Shown here in pieces: positions 1 to 9,942 of a DNA stretch of 64,000 nucleotides. The position numbers were made by a program, and so were the translations under genes. This DNA comes from Prasinococcaceae sp. CCMP 1430. Its lineage: Eukaryota; Plantae; Prasinodermophyta. The notes below the pieces were generated by a model, which did not search any database, was not told the DNA's origin, and saw only the letters and a program-made list of their open reading frames with translations. Where the stretch lies: assembly GCA_013416795.1 (NCBI GenBank), contig RQSC01000009.1:99146-163145 (forward strand), given 5' to 3'. Each line of letters opens with the position of its first letter. The stretch's first letter is position 1.

Positions 1-113
<113 letters not shown>

Positions 114-256
114 GCGCAGCGCCACACGTGGCACGGCGCGACAGGCAGCGGCAGGCGCGGGAGCGCGCAAGCACGCGCGCGAAGGCTCCCGCGCGTGAGC
201 GCGAGCGCGCTCGTTCGGAGTGGCGGCGGCGGGGACGAGGACGGGGTGCCCACACC

Positions 257-682
257 ATGTCGGGCATCGCCCCGGTGGGGGCTGCGGCGGGCGGCAGCGC
301 AGACACTAATGATGCGCCGGCCGGCCTTGGCCTCGGCATGGGGGCGCTGCCGCCGCCGCCCAAAGGCACGCGCTATGTCAAGGTTCATACGGACGCCGAT
401 GCGCAGAAAGCGGCGGGTGGCGGTGGCAAGGCGCTGACGGGCAAGCAGGCGGCCGCGACGCAGCAGCAGGGGCAGCAGCAGGTGGACATCTCGCGGTGGG
501 TGTGCGTGTATCCGGCGTATCTCAACAGCAAACTGACGGCAAAGGAGGGGCGGCGGATCAGCAAGGCGCTTGCGGTCGAGGATCCACAGCCGATGGAAAT
601 GGCGGAGTGCGTGATCCAGGGGCTCAAGCTGCGGGCGGCGCTCGAGAACAAGGGGTATTCACGCGACATTCTGCAGCGCGGG
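257..682 (+). CDS. SRP19: Signal recognition particle 19 kDa protein, C-terminally truncated
   Basis: Translation has SRP19 motifs RWVCVYPAYLNSKLTAKEGRRISKALAVEDP and KGYSRDILQRG. The expected continuation (RVRVQL...) is absent and the frame runs into VPS24. Confidence 0.85.
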
Positions 683-709
683 CCGGCGGCCGGCGGCGGC
701 GGTGTCGCC

Positions 710-1503
710 ATGGAGAGGGTCAAGGCCATCTTCATCAAGAAGCCCAAGCCCAAGGAGCAGGTGCGCGAGTGGCAGAGCAACCTGCGGAGGGAGCAGCGCG
801 CCATCGAGAGGCAGATCCGCGACATCGAGCGCACGAGGAAGGTGAGCGCCCGCGGTGCCGCGCGGCGGGGCGGCTCCGCGAGGCGCCAGGCGCGCGCGGC
901 AGCGGCCGCGGCAGTCGCGCTGACGCGCGCATCGTCTCGCCCCGGCGCGCTCGCCGCGACTCGCAGTCCGTTGAGAAGGAGGTGCGCAGCGCTGCGAAGC
1001 GCGGCGACACCAAGTCGTGCAAGGTCCTCGCCAAGGAGATGGTCTTCGCCAAGCGCACCGTTGCACGGCTGCACACCAACAAGGCGAATCTGAACAGCGT
1101 GTCGCTGCAGCTGGGCGAGCAGCTCGCCACTGTCAACGCCGTCGGACACCTCGAGAAGAGCGCGGGCGTCATGGAGGCCATGAGCAAGGTGATGAACAAC
1201 GCCGAAATGGCAGCCAACCTCCAGAACATGACCAAGGAGATGACCAAGGCGGGCATCATCGAGGAGATGGTCAGTGATAGCATGGCCGACGCGCTGGACG
1301 ATGACGACCTCGAGGATGAAACCGAGGAGGAGGTGGCCAAGGTCCTCGCGGACGTCGCCGGCGACGTCCTCAAGGACCTCCCTGGCATGGAGAGCGTCGC
1401 CAACCTCGTGCAGGAGGAAGCGCAGGCACAGGAGGCGCAGGGGACGCCGCAGGAGGAGGAGCTCGACGGGCTCAAGCAGCGGCTGGCTGCCATGCGCGCA
1501 TGA
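710..1503 (+). CDS. VPS24: ESCRT-III subunit VPS24/CHMP3 (exons 710-841, 967-1503)
   Basis: Snf7-family sequence LRREQRAIERQIRDIE...AAKRGDTKSCKVLAKEMV...LHTNKANLNSVSLQL...TKAGIIEEMVSD and a C-terminal MIM-like LKQRLAAMRA. The GT-AG intron 842-966 with a GCTGAC branch joins the two frames. Confidence 0.9.
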
Positions 1504-1596
1504 AAGGCGCGGGCAGCAGCTGCATAGCAGAGACTCCCTGTGGTAGTTGTACATTATGGGACATTGACTCCGGCGACGGAGGGCCGCGCGGCCGCC

Positions 1597-1806
1597 TCAC
1601 ACCCCGGGCAAGGGCGGCTGCTTGAGCGCGTTGCGCAGCGCGCCTACCTCCGCGCCTTTGCGTCGCATGAATTGGCTCACCTCGAGCATCTCGGCGTCCG
1701 CCACCGCCCCCAGGTCGCCGCTGTCACCCTGCGCCTTCGCGTCCAACGCCTCAGCGTGCGCCGCGTCGGCGTCGAGCAGCTCGAGCTGCAGCGAGCGCAG
1801 CACACT
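1597..1806 (-). CDS. Last exon of a hypothetical protein (5' part lies in the N-gap)
   Basis: CAG acceptor followed by an ordered helical-looking frame, SVLRSLQLELLDADAAH...GALRNALKQPPLPGV-stop, convergent with VPS24. Confidence 0.45.
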   Translation of the reverse strand, partial: SVLRSLQLELLDADAAHAEALDAKAQGDSGDLGAVADAEMLEVSQFMRRKGAEVGALRNALKQPPLPGV

Positions 1807-3689
1807 CTGCGGTCGCGCGCGCGGCCGTCCCAGGCGGCGCGACGCCCGCGCTTGACGCGGCGCCCCGCACGCCGCGNNNNNNNNNNNNNNNNNNNNNNNN
1901 NNNNNNNNNNNNNNNNNNNNNNNNNNNNNNNNNNNNNNNNNNNNNNNNNNNNNNNNNNNNNNNNNNNNNNNNNNNNNNNNNNNNNNNNNNNNNNNNNNNN
2001 NNNNNNNNNNNNNNNNNNNNNNNNNNNNNNNNNNNNNNNNNNNNNNNNNNNNNNNNNNNNNNNNNNNNNNNNNNNNNNNNNNNNNNNNNNNNNNNNNNNN
2101 NNNNNNNNNNNNNNNNNNNNNNNNNNNNNNNNNNNNNNNNNNNNNNNNNNNNNNNNNNNNNNNNNNNNNNNNNNNNNNNNNNNNNNNNNNNNNNNNNNNN
2201 NNNNNNNNNNNNNNNNNNNNNNNNNNNNNNNNNNNNNNNNNNNNNNNNNNNNNNNNNNNNNNNNNNNNNNNNNNNNNNNNNNNNNNNNNNNNNNNNNNNN
2301 NNNNNNNNNNNNNNNNNNNNNNNNNNNNNNNNNNNNNNNNNNNNNNNNNNNNNNNNNNNNNNNNNNNNNNNNNNNNNNNNNNNNNNNNNNNNNNNNNNNN
2401 NNNNNNNNNNNNNNNNNNNNNNNNNNNNNNNNNNNNNNNNNNNNNNNNNNNNNNNNNNNNNNNNNNNNNNNNNNNNNNNNNNNNNNNNNNNNNNNNNNNN
2501 NNNNNNNNNNNNNNNNNNNNNNNNNNNNNNNNNNNNNNNNNNNNNNNNNNNNNNNNNNNNNNNNNNNNNNNNNNNNNNNNNNNNNNNNNNNNNNNNNNNN
2601 NNNNNNNNNNNNNNNNNNNNNNNNNNNNNNNNNNNNNNNNNNNNNNNNNNNNNNNNNNNNNNNNNNNNNNNNNNNNNNNNNNNNNNNNNNNNNNNNNNNN
2701 NNNNNNNNNNNNNNNNNNNNNNNNNNNNNNNNNNNNNNNNNNNNNNNNNNNNNNNNNNNNNNNNNNNNNNNNNNNNNNNNNNNNNNNNNNNNGCGCCGGC
2801 GCCGCGCGCAGTGGCGCCCGCCCGCCGGCGCTGGCCGCCCCTCCCCCCGGGTTCGCACGCGCGACACCCGGTTCCACGCCCCGGATCCACGCCATCAGCC
2901 CGCGCCCATTCCCAAACACACCCGTTCCATTCGCCCCGGACCGGGGTCGACGCGCGCGCCGCGGAACCCGAGACCTCGGGACTCAACCCAAGGTTCGGAA
3001 GCATCTGAGGATTCCACGGAATCCACTGTTTATTGGAATTGTATCGAGCATGGCGCGGAACCCCAACGGTCGGAATTTTTGTTTGGGGGTCGGTTCCTTC
3101 CTTCCCCCCTCGGTTGCTTGGTTGCGTGGCTGGTTGGTGGTTCGAATCCGAAACGGGGCCGGAAGGGGCGCGCGCGCGCGCGGCCGTTCGCGCGGCGGGC
3201 CCCGGATTCGACCCGGTTTCGCCCGCGCGGCGCTTTCGCGCGCGNNNNNNNNNNNNNNNNNNNNNNNNNNNNNNNNNNNNNNNNNNNNNNNNNNNNNNNN
3301 NNNNNNNNNNNNNNNNNNNNNNNNNNNNNNNNNNNNNNNNNNNNNNNNNNNNNNNNNNNNNNNNNNNNNNNNNNNNNNNNNNNNNNNNNNNNNNNNNNNN
3401 NNNNNNNNNNNNNNNNNNNNNNNNNNNNNNNNNNNNNNNNNNNNNNNNNNNNNNNNNNNNNNNNNNNNNNNNNNNNNNNNNNNNNNNNNNNNNNNNNNNN
3501 NNNNNNNNNNNNNNNNNNNNNNNNNNNNNNNNNNNNNNNNNNNNNNNNNNNNNNNNNNNNNNNNNNNNNNNNNNNNNNNNNNNNNNNNNNNNNNNNNNNN
3601 NNNNNNNNNNNNNNNNNNNNNNNNNNNNNNNNNNNNNNNNNNNNNNNNNNNNNNNNNNNNGGGCGGCGGCGGCGGCGGCGCGAGCCGCG

Positions 3690-4632
3690 ATGGAGTGGGA
3701 GCTCTCGCCGCTGCCCGGCGACGAGGCCGCGGCGGCGGCCGCGCGCAAGGAGCCGTGGTTCGTGTCGGACAAGGAGAACATGGACCCCCGCGCGGCGATA
3801 AGGCGCCGCCGCGGTGGGCACGGGCTCGGCGGCGGCGGGCCGCCGAACGGGGGTGCGTCGCGCGCGCCGCGCAGCTCCCCCTCCTCCCCCCTCCCCCCTC
3901 CCTCGCGCCCCCTCGCATTTTCGCACGGCGCGAGTTCGAACGGCGCTTTCGGCGCGGGCCGCCCGGCGGGCCCTGGCGAGCCCCAGCACGGCCGCCACGG
4001 CCATCCCCGACCCCTCCGGAGGCCCGAGCGCAGAGCATCGCGTCGGCACGCGCGCTGACCCCCCCCTGCCCCCCTCCTCCCTCCCTTCCCGCGCCCCCCC
4101 TTTGCGTCCCCCTCTCCGCTCCGCTCCTGCGTTCGTTCGTATTCTTTCGGGCGGCAAAACGAAACACCCCTCCGCGAAAACGCGAAAACGCGGCGCAGGC
4201 GCCGGGTGGGCGACGCCGTCCGATAAGGACGCCGTCCAGGCGCGGCTGGGGGGGGAGGGCGCGACGGGCGACGCGATGGACATCGCGGCCGACATAACGC
4301 CGCAGTCGGTGCTCCTGCGCGCGCCCGGCGCCGCGCCGGGGACCGGCGCAACGCCCGTGCCGTCGACCGGCGGACGCAGCACCGGCGGGCGCAGCGCGGG
4401 CGGCGTGCGCACGCCGATGATGGACATCACGCCCGAGTTCGTCCGCGCGGAGGACGCGGTGGACTCGGCAGCGCAGCAGGAAAAGGAGAACGAGCGACAG
4501 GCAAAGGCGCGAGACGCCGCGGCGAGGTACTACACGGCGACGGGGTACGGCCTGAGACACCAGCACCAGAAGGAGCAGCAGGAGCAGCGGGCGGGCTCTG
4601 CGGGCAGAGCGCCTCTGCGGTCGATGCGATGA
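3690..4632 (+). CDS. Small disordered protein with KEN box, D-box-like motif and C-terminal MR tail; candidate APC/C regulator (exons 3690-3852, 4199-4632)
   Basis: The phase-1 intron 3853-4198 (GTGCGT...GCTGAC...CAG) restores one frame. Motifs are DKENMDP, RTPMMDIT, EKEN and terminal RAPLRSMR-stop. The start may extend into the upstream gap. Confidence 0.65.
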
Positions 4633-4923
4633 TTCGGCGGGGTCGGGCCGCCGCCGCTAAGGCGCGGCTACCGACGCGTGCGCACCGCGCACACAGACAC
4701 ACAGATACACAGGCAGACAGCGGCGGGCTGCGCGGGCGATCGTGGCTCCATCGCCACGCGCCCGGCTGCGCCACGCCCGTCGACGCCACAACCGAAAGAC
4801 ACACGCCGCGAGAGCTCCTAGCGAGCAGACGCGCGAGACGGGCGACCTGTCCATACCTCGACCGGCGAGATAATCAATAATTTGCACACGTCGCGAACGC
4901 CACGCGCGGGAGGGGTTTGCAGC

Positions 4924-5172
4924 TCACTGAGCGAGCGCCGCGTCGAAGCCAGCGCCAGACACGGCGTCGATGAGCTTGTCAGCGATGCCCTCCGCGGCGT
5001 CCGCGGTGAGCTCGACGGTCGCGGTCTTCGCCTCGAGGTCCACCGCGACGCTCGCGACGCCCTCGACACTCTCGAGGGCCTTGGTCACGCTCGACGAGCA
5101 CCCGTCGCACATCATGCCGTCGACGCGAAGCGCCACGGCGGCGGCGGCGTCCGCCGCGCGCGCCGCGCGCCG
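4924..5172 (-). CDS. Heavy-metal-associated (HMA) domain copper-chaperone-like protein, N-terminus in gap
   Basis: LRVDGMMCDGCSSSVTKALESVEGVASVAVDLEAKTATV contains the MxCxxC HMA signature. Confidence 0.85.
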   Translation of the reverse strand, partial: RRAARAADAAAAVALRVDGMMCDGCSSSVTKALESVEGVASVAVDLEAKTATVELTADAAEGIADKLIDAVSGAGFDAALAQ

Positions 5173-5548
5173 NNNNNNNNNNNNNNNNNNNNNNNNNNNN
5201 NNNNNNNNNNNNNNNNNNNNNNNNNNNNNNNNNNNNNNNNNNNNNNNNNNNNNNNNNNNNNNNNNNNNNNNNNNNNNNNNNNNNNNNNNNNNNNNNNNNN
5301 NNNNNNNNNNNNNNNNNNNNNNNNNNNNNNNNNNNNNNNNNNNNNNNNNNNNNNNNNNNNNNNNNNNNNNNNNNNNNNNNNNNNNNNNNNNNNNNNNNNN
5401 NNNNNNNNNNNNNNNNNNNNNNNNNNNNNNNNNNNNNNNNNNNNNNNNNNNNNNNNNNNNNNNNNNNNNNNNNNNNNNNNNNNNNNNNNNNNNNNNNNNN
5501 NNNNNNNNNNNNNNNNNNNNNNNNNNNNNNNNNNNNNNNNNNNNNNNG

Positions 5549-8500
5549 CCTCAGCGCCGAGGATCTGGCGTGCCTCCCGCCGACGCGCTCGTGGCGCGCG
5601 AAGACGCCGCCGCGGAGCTCTCCGCGGCGCTCGGAGGCCTCGTCGCCGCGCGCGGCGCGGCGCCGTCGCCGGGCAAGGGCGTGCTTGCCGCCAAGGGCGG
5701 CGTCGCCAACAAGGAGAACGGCGCCGAGAATGGCGCGGCGGCGTCGACGCCCAACTCTGGCATCCTCAAGAAGGTGCACGCGCGCACGGCACTTGCGCCC
5801 CTGTCTTCGCGCAAGACGGACTCGCCCGTGCGCAAGAAGCCGCGCAAGAGTATGAACCGCCGCGTGAGCTTCGCGCCGGTCCTCACGGAGACGCGCTTCT
5901 TTGGCGAGGACGGCGGCGAAGCGTCCGACGCCGCGGCCGCGGACGCGGCGGCGCCAGCGCCTGTCGAGCATGCCCCTGCCGCCGCAGCGCCGCCTGCCGA
6001 TCCGGCCGCAGAGCAGGCGGAAGTCGCCGCCATGGATGACGACGAAGTGGTGGCCGCATCGCCCGAGGCATCGCCGATGCAAGCGGCGTCCTCGCCTGCT
6101 CCCGACGCAGTGTCGGGGGGCGACGAGCTCGCCGACGAGGCGGACGAGGCCTCCCCGGGGGAGGCCGCAATGGCGGCCGCGGCAAACTTCGACGCGGCCG
6201 ACTTTGCATCGCCGACGCTGGCAGCACTGAACGCAGACGCGGAGGTCCCGGACAGCGCCTCGCCCGCCCATGTCGAGGGCGAGCAGTGCGACACCACCGT
6301 TTTCATCCGCGCGCACCTGCCCGCTCGCGAGAAGACCGCCGGGCAGATGCCCGACACGATCGACCTTGCCAACCAGCTGGACGCCGCCGGCGAGCCAACG
6401 AGCACGGCAGCGCTTCCCAGTCTCTCGGCAATCGCGGACGCCGACGAGGCAGCTGCGGACGCACCGCATGCGACACTCGCAGCGTGGCGCGCCGCGGGTA
6501 GCCCAACGGTCCCCAGCCCGGCCGCTCCTGAGGCTGGTGACATGGCCGTGCCGCCGCCCCCTGAGCCCACTTGCACCATGGATCTTCCGAACATATCGGC
6601 AATTGTTGACGCCGATGAGGCGGCGGGTGAGCCCGCAGACGCCACCACCGGAGCGGAGAACGAGGGGCCCGCTGAGCCCACCTCCACGATGAATCTGCCG
6701 AACATGGCGGCGCTCGTTGATGCCGATGAGGCGGCGGGCGAGCCCGCCGACGGAGACGGCGCGGCCGAGGAGGAGCCTGCTGAGCCCACCTGCACGATGG
6801 ACCTGCCCAACATGGCGCAGCTCATCGAGGCCGATGAGAAGGCCGGCGCCGCTGTCGCGACGCCGTCGGCTGGTGCGGCTCCCTCGGAACCCATGGCCCC
6901 ATCCACTGGAATGCCTGCGGGGGTCGTGGGCGGCGCCTTCAACGCCCTTCTTGGCGTGGCCCAGACGCCCGGTGCCACTTTTTACACCGCCACCACGGAT
7001 CCCTCCCCGATGCCAACGCCGGCTGATGCGACCTCTGCTTCGCCTGCTCCTTCCGAGGCCGATGGCCCGTCGCCCAGCCCGTGCGCGCCGTCTGCTGGCC
7101 CGTCCCCGGAAGCGCCCCCGAGCGCACAGTCAACCGGGTCGGCCGCCATGGAATTGACGCTCGCACCGGCAGAGATCGCAAACGCCGTGTCGCCGGCTTC
7201 GTTCCTGCCAGGCCGTGTGTCTATGGGCTCCGTTCGCAACTCGATGGGATCGCTGGCGGACACCCCCACGGGCACGGCGGGCGATGTCACTCTGGGCATC
7301 ACTATGGCTCTCGAGAAAGCTCTCGAGGGCGGCGAGCACCCCCGCTGGGGCGCTGCCGCCAATGGGGGCGATGAAGGCCAGGACGGCACCGCGCTCACCG
7401 ACGAGCTGCCGCTGGCAGCAGAGGCGGAGCCGCCTGCCGCCGCTACGCCTGCGTCAGAGGCCGCAGACTATGGCACCGGCCTCACCGAGGAGCTGCCTGC
7501 GGCCGCCGAGGAGGCCGTCGCCGCCCCCTCGCCGGTGGCGTCAGAGGCTCCGAGCATGGGCACCGGCCTCACCGAGGAGCTGCCTGCGGCCGCCGAGGAG
7601 GCCGTCGCCGCGCCTTCGCCGAAGCCGTCTGAGGCTCCGAGCATGGGCACCGGCCTCACCGAGGAGCTTGATGGCGATGGTGCTGACTACGGCACGGGCC
7701 TCACCGAGGAGATCGCCCCAGGTGCTCTCGCGGCCGCAACCGAGTACGGTACTGGTATCACCGGGGAGATGAACGAAGCCGACTATGGCACAGGCCTGAC
7801 CGAGGAGATCGCTCCTGGTGCCCTTGAAGCTGCCCAAGCCGCTATGGTGCGCCCGTCGACAACCATGCATACGGCGGCTCTCAACCAGACATACCACACG
7901 GGGGCCACAGCCACAATTGATGTGGGCGGACCAGCGAGCACGCGCCCGTCTGCGACGTATCATACCGGCGCGACCGCCACAATCCACGAGGCGGCAATGG
8001 AGGCCGATGAGGAGGACGAGCCCCTCGAGGATGAGCCAGCGCAGGCAGATGCTACCGAGTACCATACGGGTGCTACGGAGACGTACCACACTGGCGCAAC
8101 CGCCAACATCTCCGATGCCGCGGCCGAGCCCGAAGAAGCTGATGCCGATGTGCAAGAGGCTGAGATGCCTGAGATGCAAGCTGACATGATGGAGGGCGGG
8201 ATGGCCTTCGATGCGCACTCTTTCCTCGAGGAGCACGGCGTGTCCTTCCGCACCGACAACCTCGAGAATGCGCGCCGCAAGAGCGCATTCCCGGCGCCGA
8301 TTCTGCTCGAGTCGCCGGAGCCCGCGCCTACCACGGCACGCGGCTGCATGTCGATGCTCTCAATTGCCGGGCCCGAGCTGCGTTCCAAGGAGGAGGCCGT
8401 CGCAGAACTCACTCGTGCAAACGCCAGCCGCCGCGCGGCGGCTGGTCGCCACGCCGCCGCGCTGGCGGAAGCGCCACCGGCTGCGCTGCTCGCACTGGGC

Positions 8501-9631
8501 CCCGATGGAGCTCGCGATGAGCTGCGCTCGCTAAAGCGCCGCTGCCGCATCTCCGCGGACCGCGCGTGGGCGGAGATGCGCCACGCCCTTGAGGTTAGCC
8601 GTGCGCGTGCCCTCGAGGCCGAGGCAGAAAAGCTCGTTGCGGAGAAGAGTCGCATCGCCACCGAAATGCTGGCGCTCAGGGAGCTGGCCGGCCTCGTTCG
8701 CAGCGCAGCCGCGTCCGCGGCGGAGGGCGCAGCCGCCGCGCGTGCCAAGACGGCCGACGCAGCGACGTCCGATGCCACAGCTGCCGAGGCGCGCGCGGCG
8801 CTGTCAGTGCGCCGCGCCGAGGTCAGGGGTTTCGCCGCGCAGCGCCGCGACGCCGCTGCACGTGTCGAGGCGCTGCGCGCCCATCTCGCGGCTGCCAGTT
8901 CTGAGGCGAAGCTCCTGCGCGAGCGGCGGCAAGCCGCGCAGCAGCGCGCGATTGCTGCAGGCCGCGCGCTGTCGACAGCACCGACGCCCGCGACCAAGTC
9001 GCGCATCATTGCCAAGGCTGCGGAGGTCAAGGAGGAGCTCGACGTCCTGCAGGGGATGCACGCGTGGACTATCACGGCGTTGCCGGGCAAGGGGTGCAGC
9101 GGCAGCGACAGTGGGAACCTGTGCGTCGACGTACAGGGTCTGATGCGGTATGCACTGGGGAACGGGAGGGTTGAGCTCGCCGAGCCGGGCTCGCGCTTTG
9201 CGAGCTTCATCGCGGCGCTTGCGGGCATGCCTGAAGGCGCGAATGCCGCCGGCGGGTGGACCGATGCACGGCCGGCGGCGTTCGCCGTGCAGGCGTTGGA
9301 TGTCGCAGCGGCGCGTGCTGCATCGGCCATTCGCATGGCCAACCGCGCTGTGATGCATCCCGCTGTGGTCAGTGCCGCCCCGGCTGTTAATGCCGCGGGC
9401 GCGCCGGTTGTGGCGCTCACAGCAGCGGGCAGCGCCACCGGCAGCCGGCTGAGTGCAGAGATCGACGTCGTGAGCGGGGCGTGCACCGCCACACTGCTGG
9501 CAGCCGGAAGTTCGGCACTGACGGCTGATGTTGTCGCCCAGGCGGCGCGGGCGGCGCCTGCAGGAGTCGACGCCGCTTGCACTGCACTCGGAGAGCTGCT
9601 GCTTGGTGACAGCGCCGCGGGCAGCGAGTGA
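5549..9631 (+). CDS. KNL1: Kinetochore scaffold KNL1/Spc105/Spc7 (start in or near the gap)
   Basis: N-terminal SGILKK (about 5756) and RRVSF (about 5858) PP1-docking pair, acidic repeats with TM(D/N)L and one MELT (7148-7159), then a coiled coil and a folded C-terminal region, as expected for KNL1. Confidence 0.85.
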   Translation, partial: PQRRGSGVPPADALVAREDAAAELSAALGGLVAARGAAPSPGKGVLAAKGGVANKENGAENGAAASTPNSGILKKVHARTALAPLSSRKTDSPVRKKPRKSMNRRVSFAPVLTETRFFGEDGGEASDAAAADAAAPAPVEHAPAAAAPPADPAAEQAEVAAMDDDEVVAASPEASPMQAASSPAPDAVSGGDELADEADEASPGEAAMAAAANFDAADFASPTLAALNADAEVPDSASPAHVEGEQCDTTVFIRAHLPAREKTAGQMPDTIDLANQLDAAGEPTSTAALPSLSAIADADEAAADAPHATLAAWRAAGSPTVPSPAAPEAGDMAVPPPPEPTCTMDLPNISAIVDADEAAGEPADATTGAENEGPAEPTSTMNLPNMAALVDADEAAGEPADGDGAAEEEPAEPTCTMDLPNMAQLIEADEKAGAAVATPSAGAAPSEPMAPSTGMPAGVVGGAFNALLGVAQTPGATFYTATTDPSPMPTPADATSASPAPSEADGPSPSPCAPSAGPSPEAPPSAQSTGSAAMELTLAPAEIANAVSPASFLPGRVSMGSVRNSMGSLADTPTGTAGDVTLGITMALEKALEGGEHPRWGAAANGGDEGQDGTALTDELPLAAEAEPPAAATPASEAADYGTGLTEELPAAAEEAVAAPSPVASEAPSMGTGLTEELPAAAEEAVAAPSPKPSEAPSMGTGLTEELDGDGADYGTGLTEEIAPGALAAATEYGTGITGEMNEADYGTGLTEEIAPGALEAAQAAMVRPSTTMHTAALNQTYHTGATATIDVGGPASTRPSATYHTGATATIHEAAMEADEEDEPLEDEPAQADATEYHTGATETYHTGATANISDAAAEPEEADADVQEAEMPEMQADMMEGGMAFDAHSFLEEHGVSFRTDNLENARRKSAFPAPILLESPEPAPTTARGCMSMLSIAGPELRSKEEAVAELTRANASRRAAAGRHAAALAEAPPAALLALGPDGARDELRSLKRRCRISADRAWAEMRHALEVSRARALEAEAEKLVAEKSRIATEMLALRELAGLVRSAAASAAEGAAAARAKTADAATSDATAAEARAALSVRRAEVRGFAAQRRDAAARVEALRAHLAAASSEAKLLRERRQAAQQRAIAAGRALSTAPTPATKSRIIAKAAEVKEELDVLQGMHAWTITALPGKGCSGSDSGNLCVDVQGLMRYALGNGRVELAEPGSRFASFIAALAGMPEGANAAGGWTDARPAAFAVQALDVAAARAASAIRMANRAVMHPAVVSAAPAVNAAGAPVVALTAAGSATGSRLSAEIDVVSGACTATLLAAGSSALTADVVAQAARAAPAGVDAACTALGELLLGDSAAGSE
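7472..7665 (+). repeat. 87-bp tandem repeat encoding GTGLTEELPAAAEEAVAAPSPxxSEAPSM within KNL1
   Basis: Near-identical units begin at 7472, 7559 and (partial) 7646. Confidence 0.9.
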
Positions 9632-9942
9632 GCGTTGCCCACGCGCGCGCGCACACACACATACCCCGCGTGCTCCCACGTGCATATGGTCCTCTTTCGA
9701 GCTTCTGTGCTTTCTAGGTGCCCTGAGCGCGTGTTCGTACTACTGTACGTAGAGTAGAGAGGAACTCAAAATAAGGCACGGCTCGATCTTACGACGGCAT
9801 GTCGTGTGCCTTCTTACTTTTTCTACATATCCACGCGATCGCGCGCGGTGTGCCTCGTGATCTCGGTAGCGACCTCGCCGTCTGCAGACCTTTGTACGTG
9901 GCGAGTTCGATCGCGCGTCCGAGCGCGCCCATGCCGCAGGCG

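Noticed and set aside
3127-3150. A-box-like TGGCTGGTTGG next to B-box GGTTCGAATCC (possible tRNA or SINE)
   Set aside because: The boxes are adjacent rather than about 30-60 nt apart, and no cloverleaf can be folded.
7960-9660. Long antisense and alternative-frame ORFs overlapping KNL1 and many other genes
   Set aside because: Expected in very GC-rich DNA with few stop codons. They are Ala/Arg/Pro-rich shadows with no recognisable motifs.
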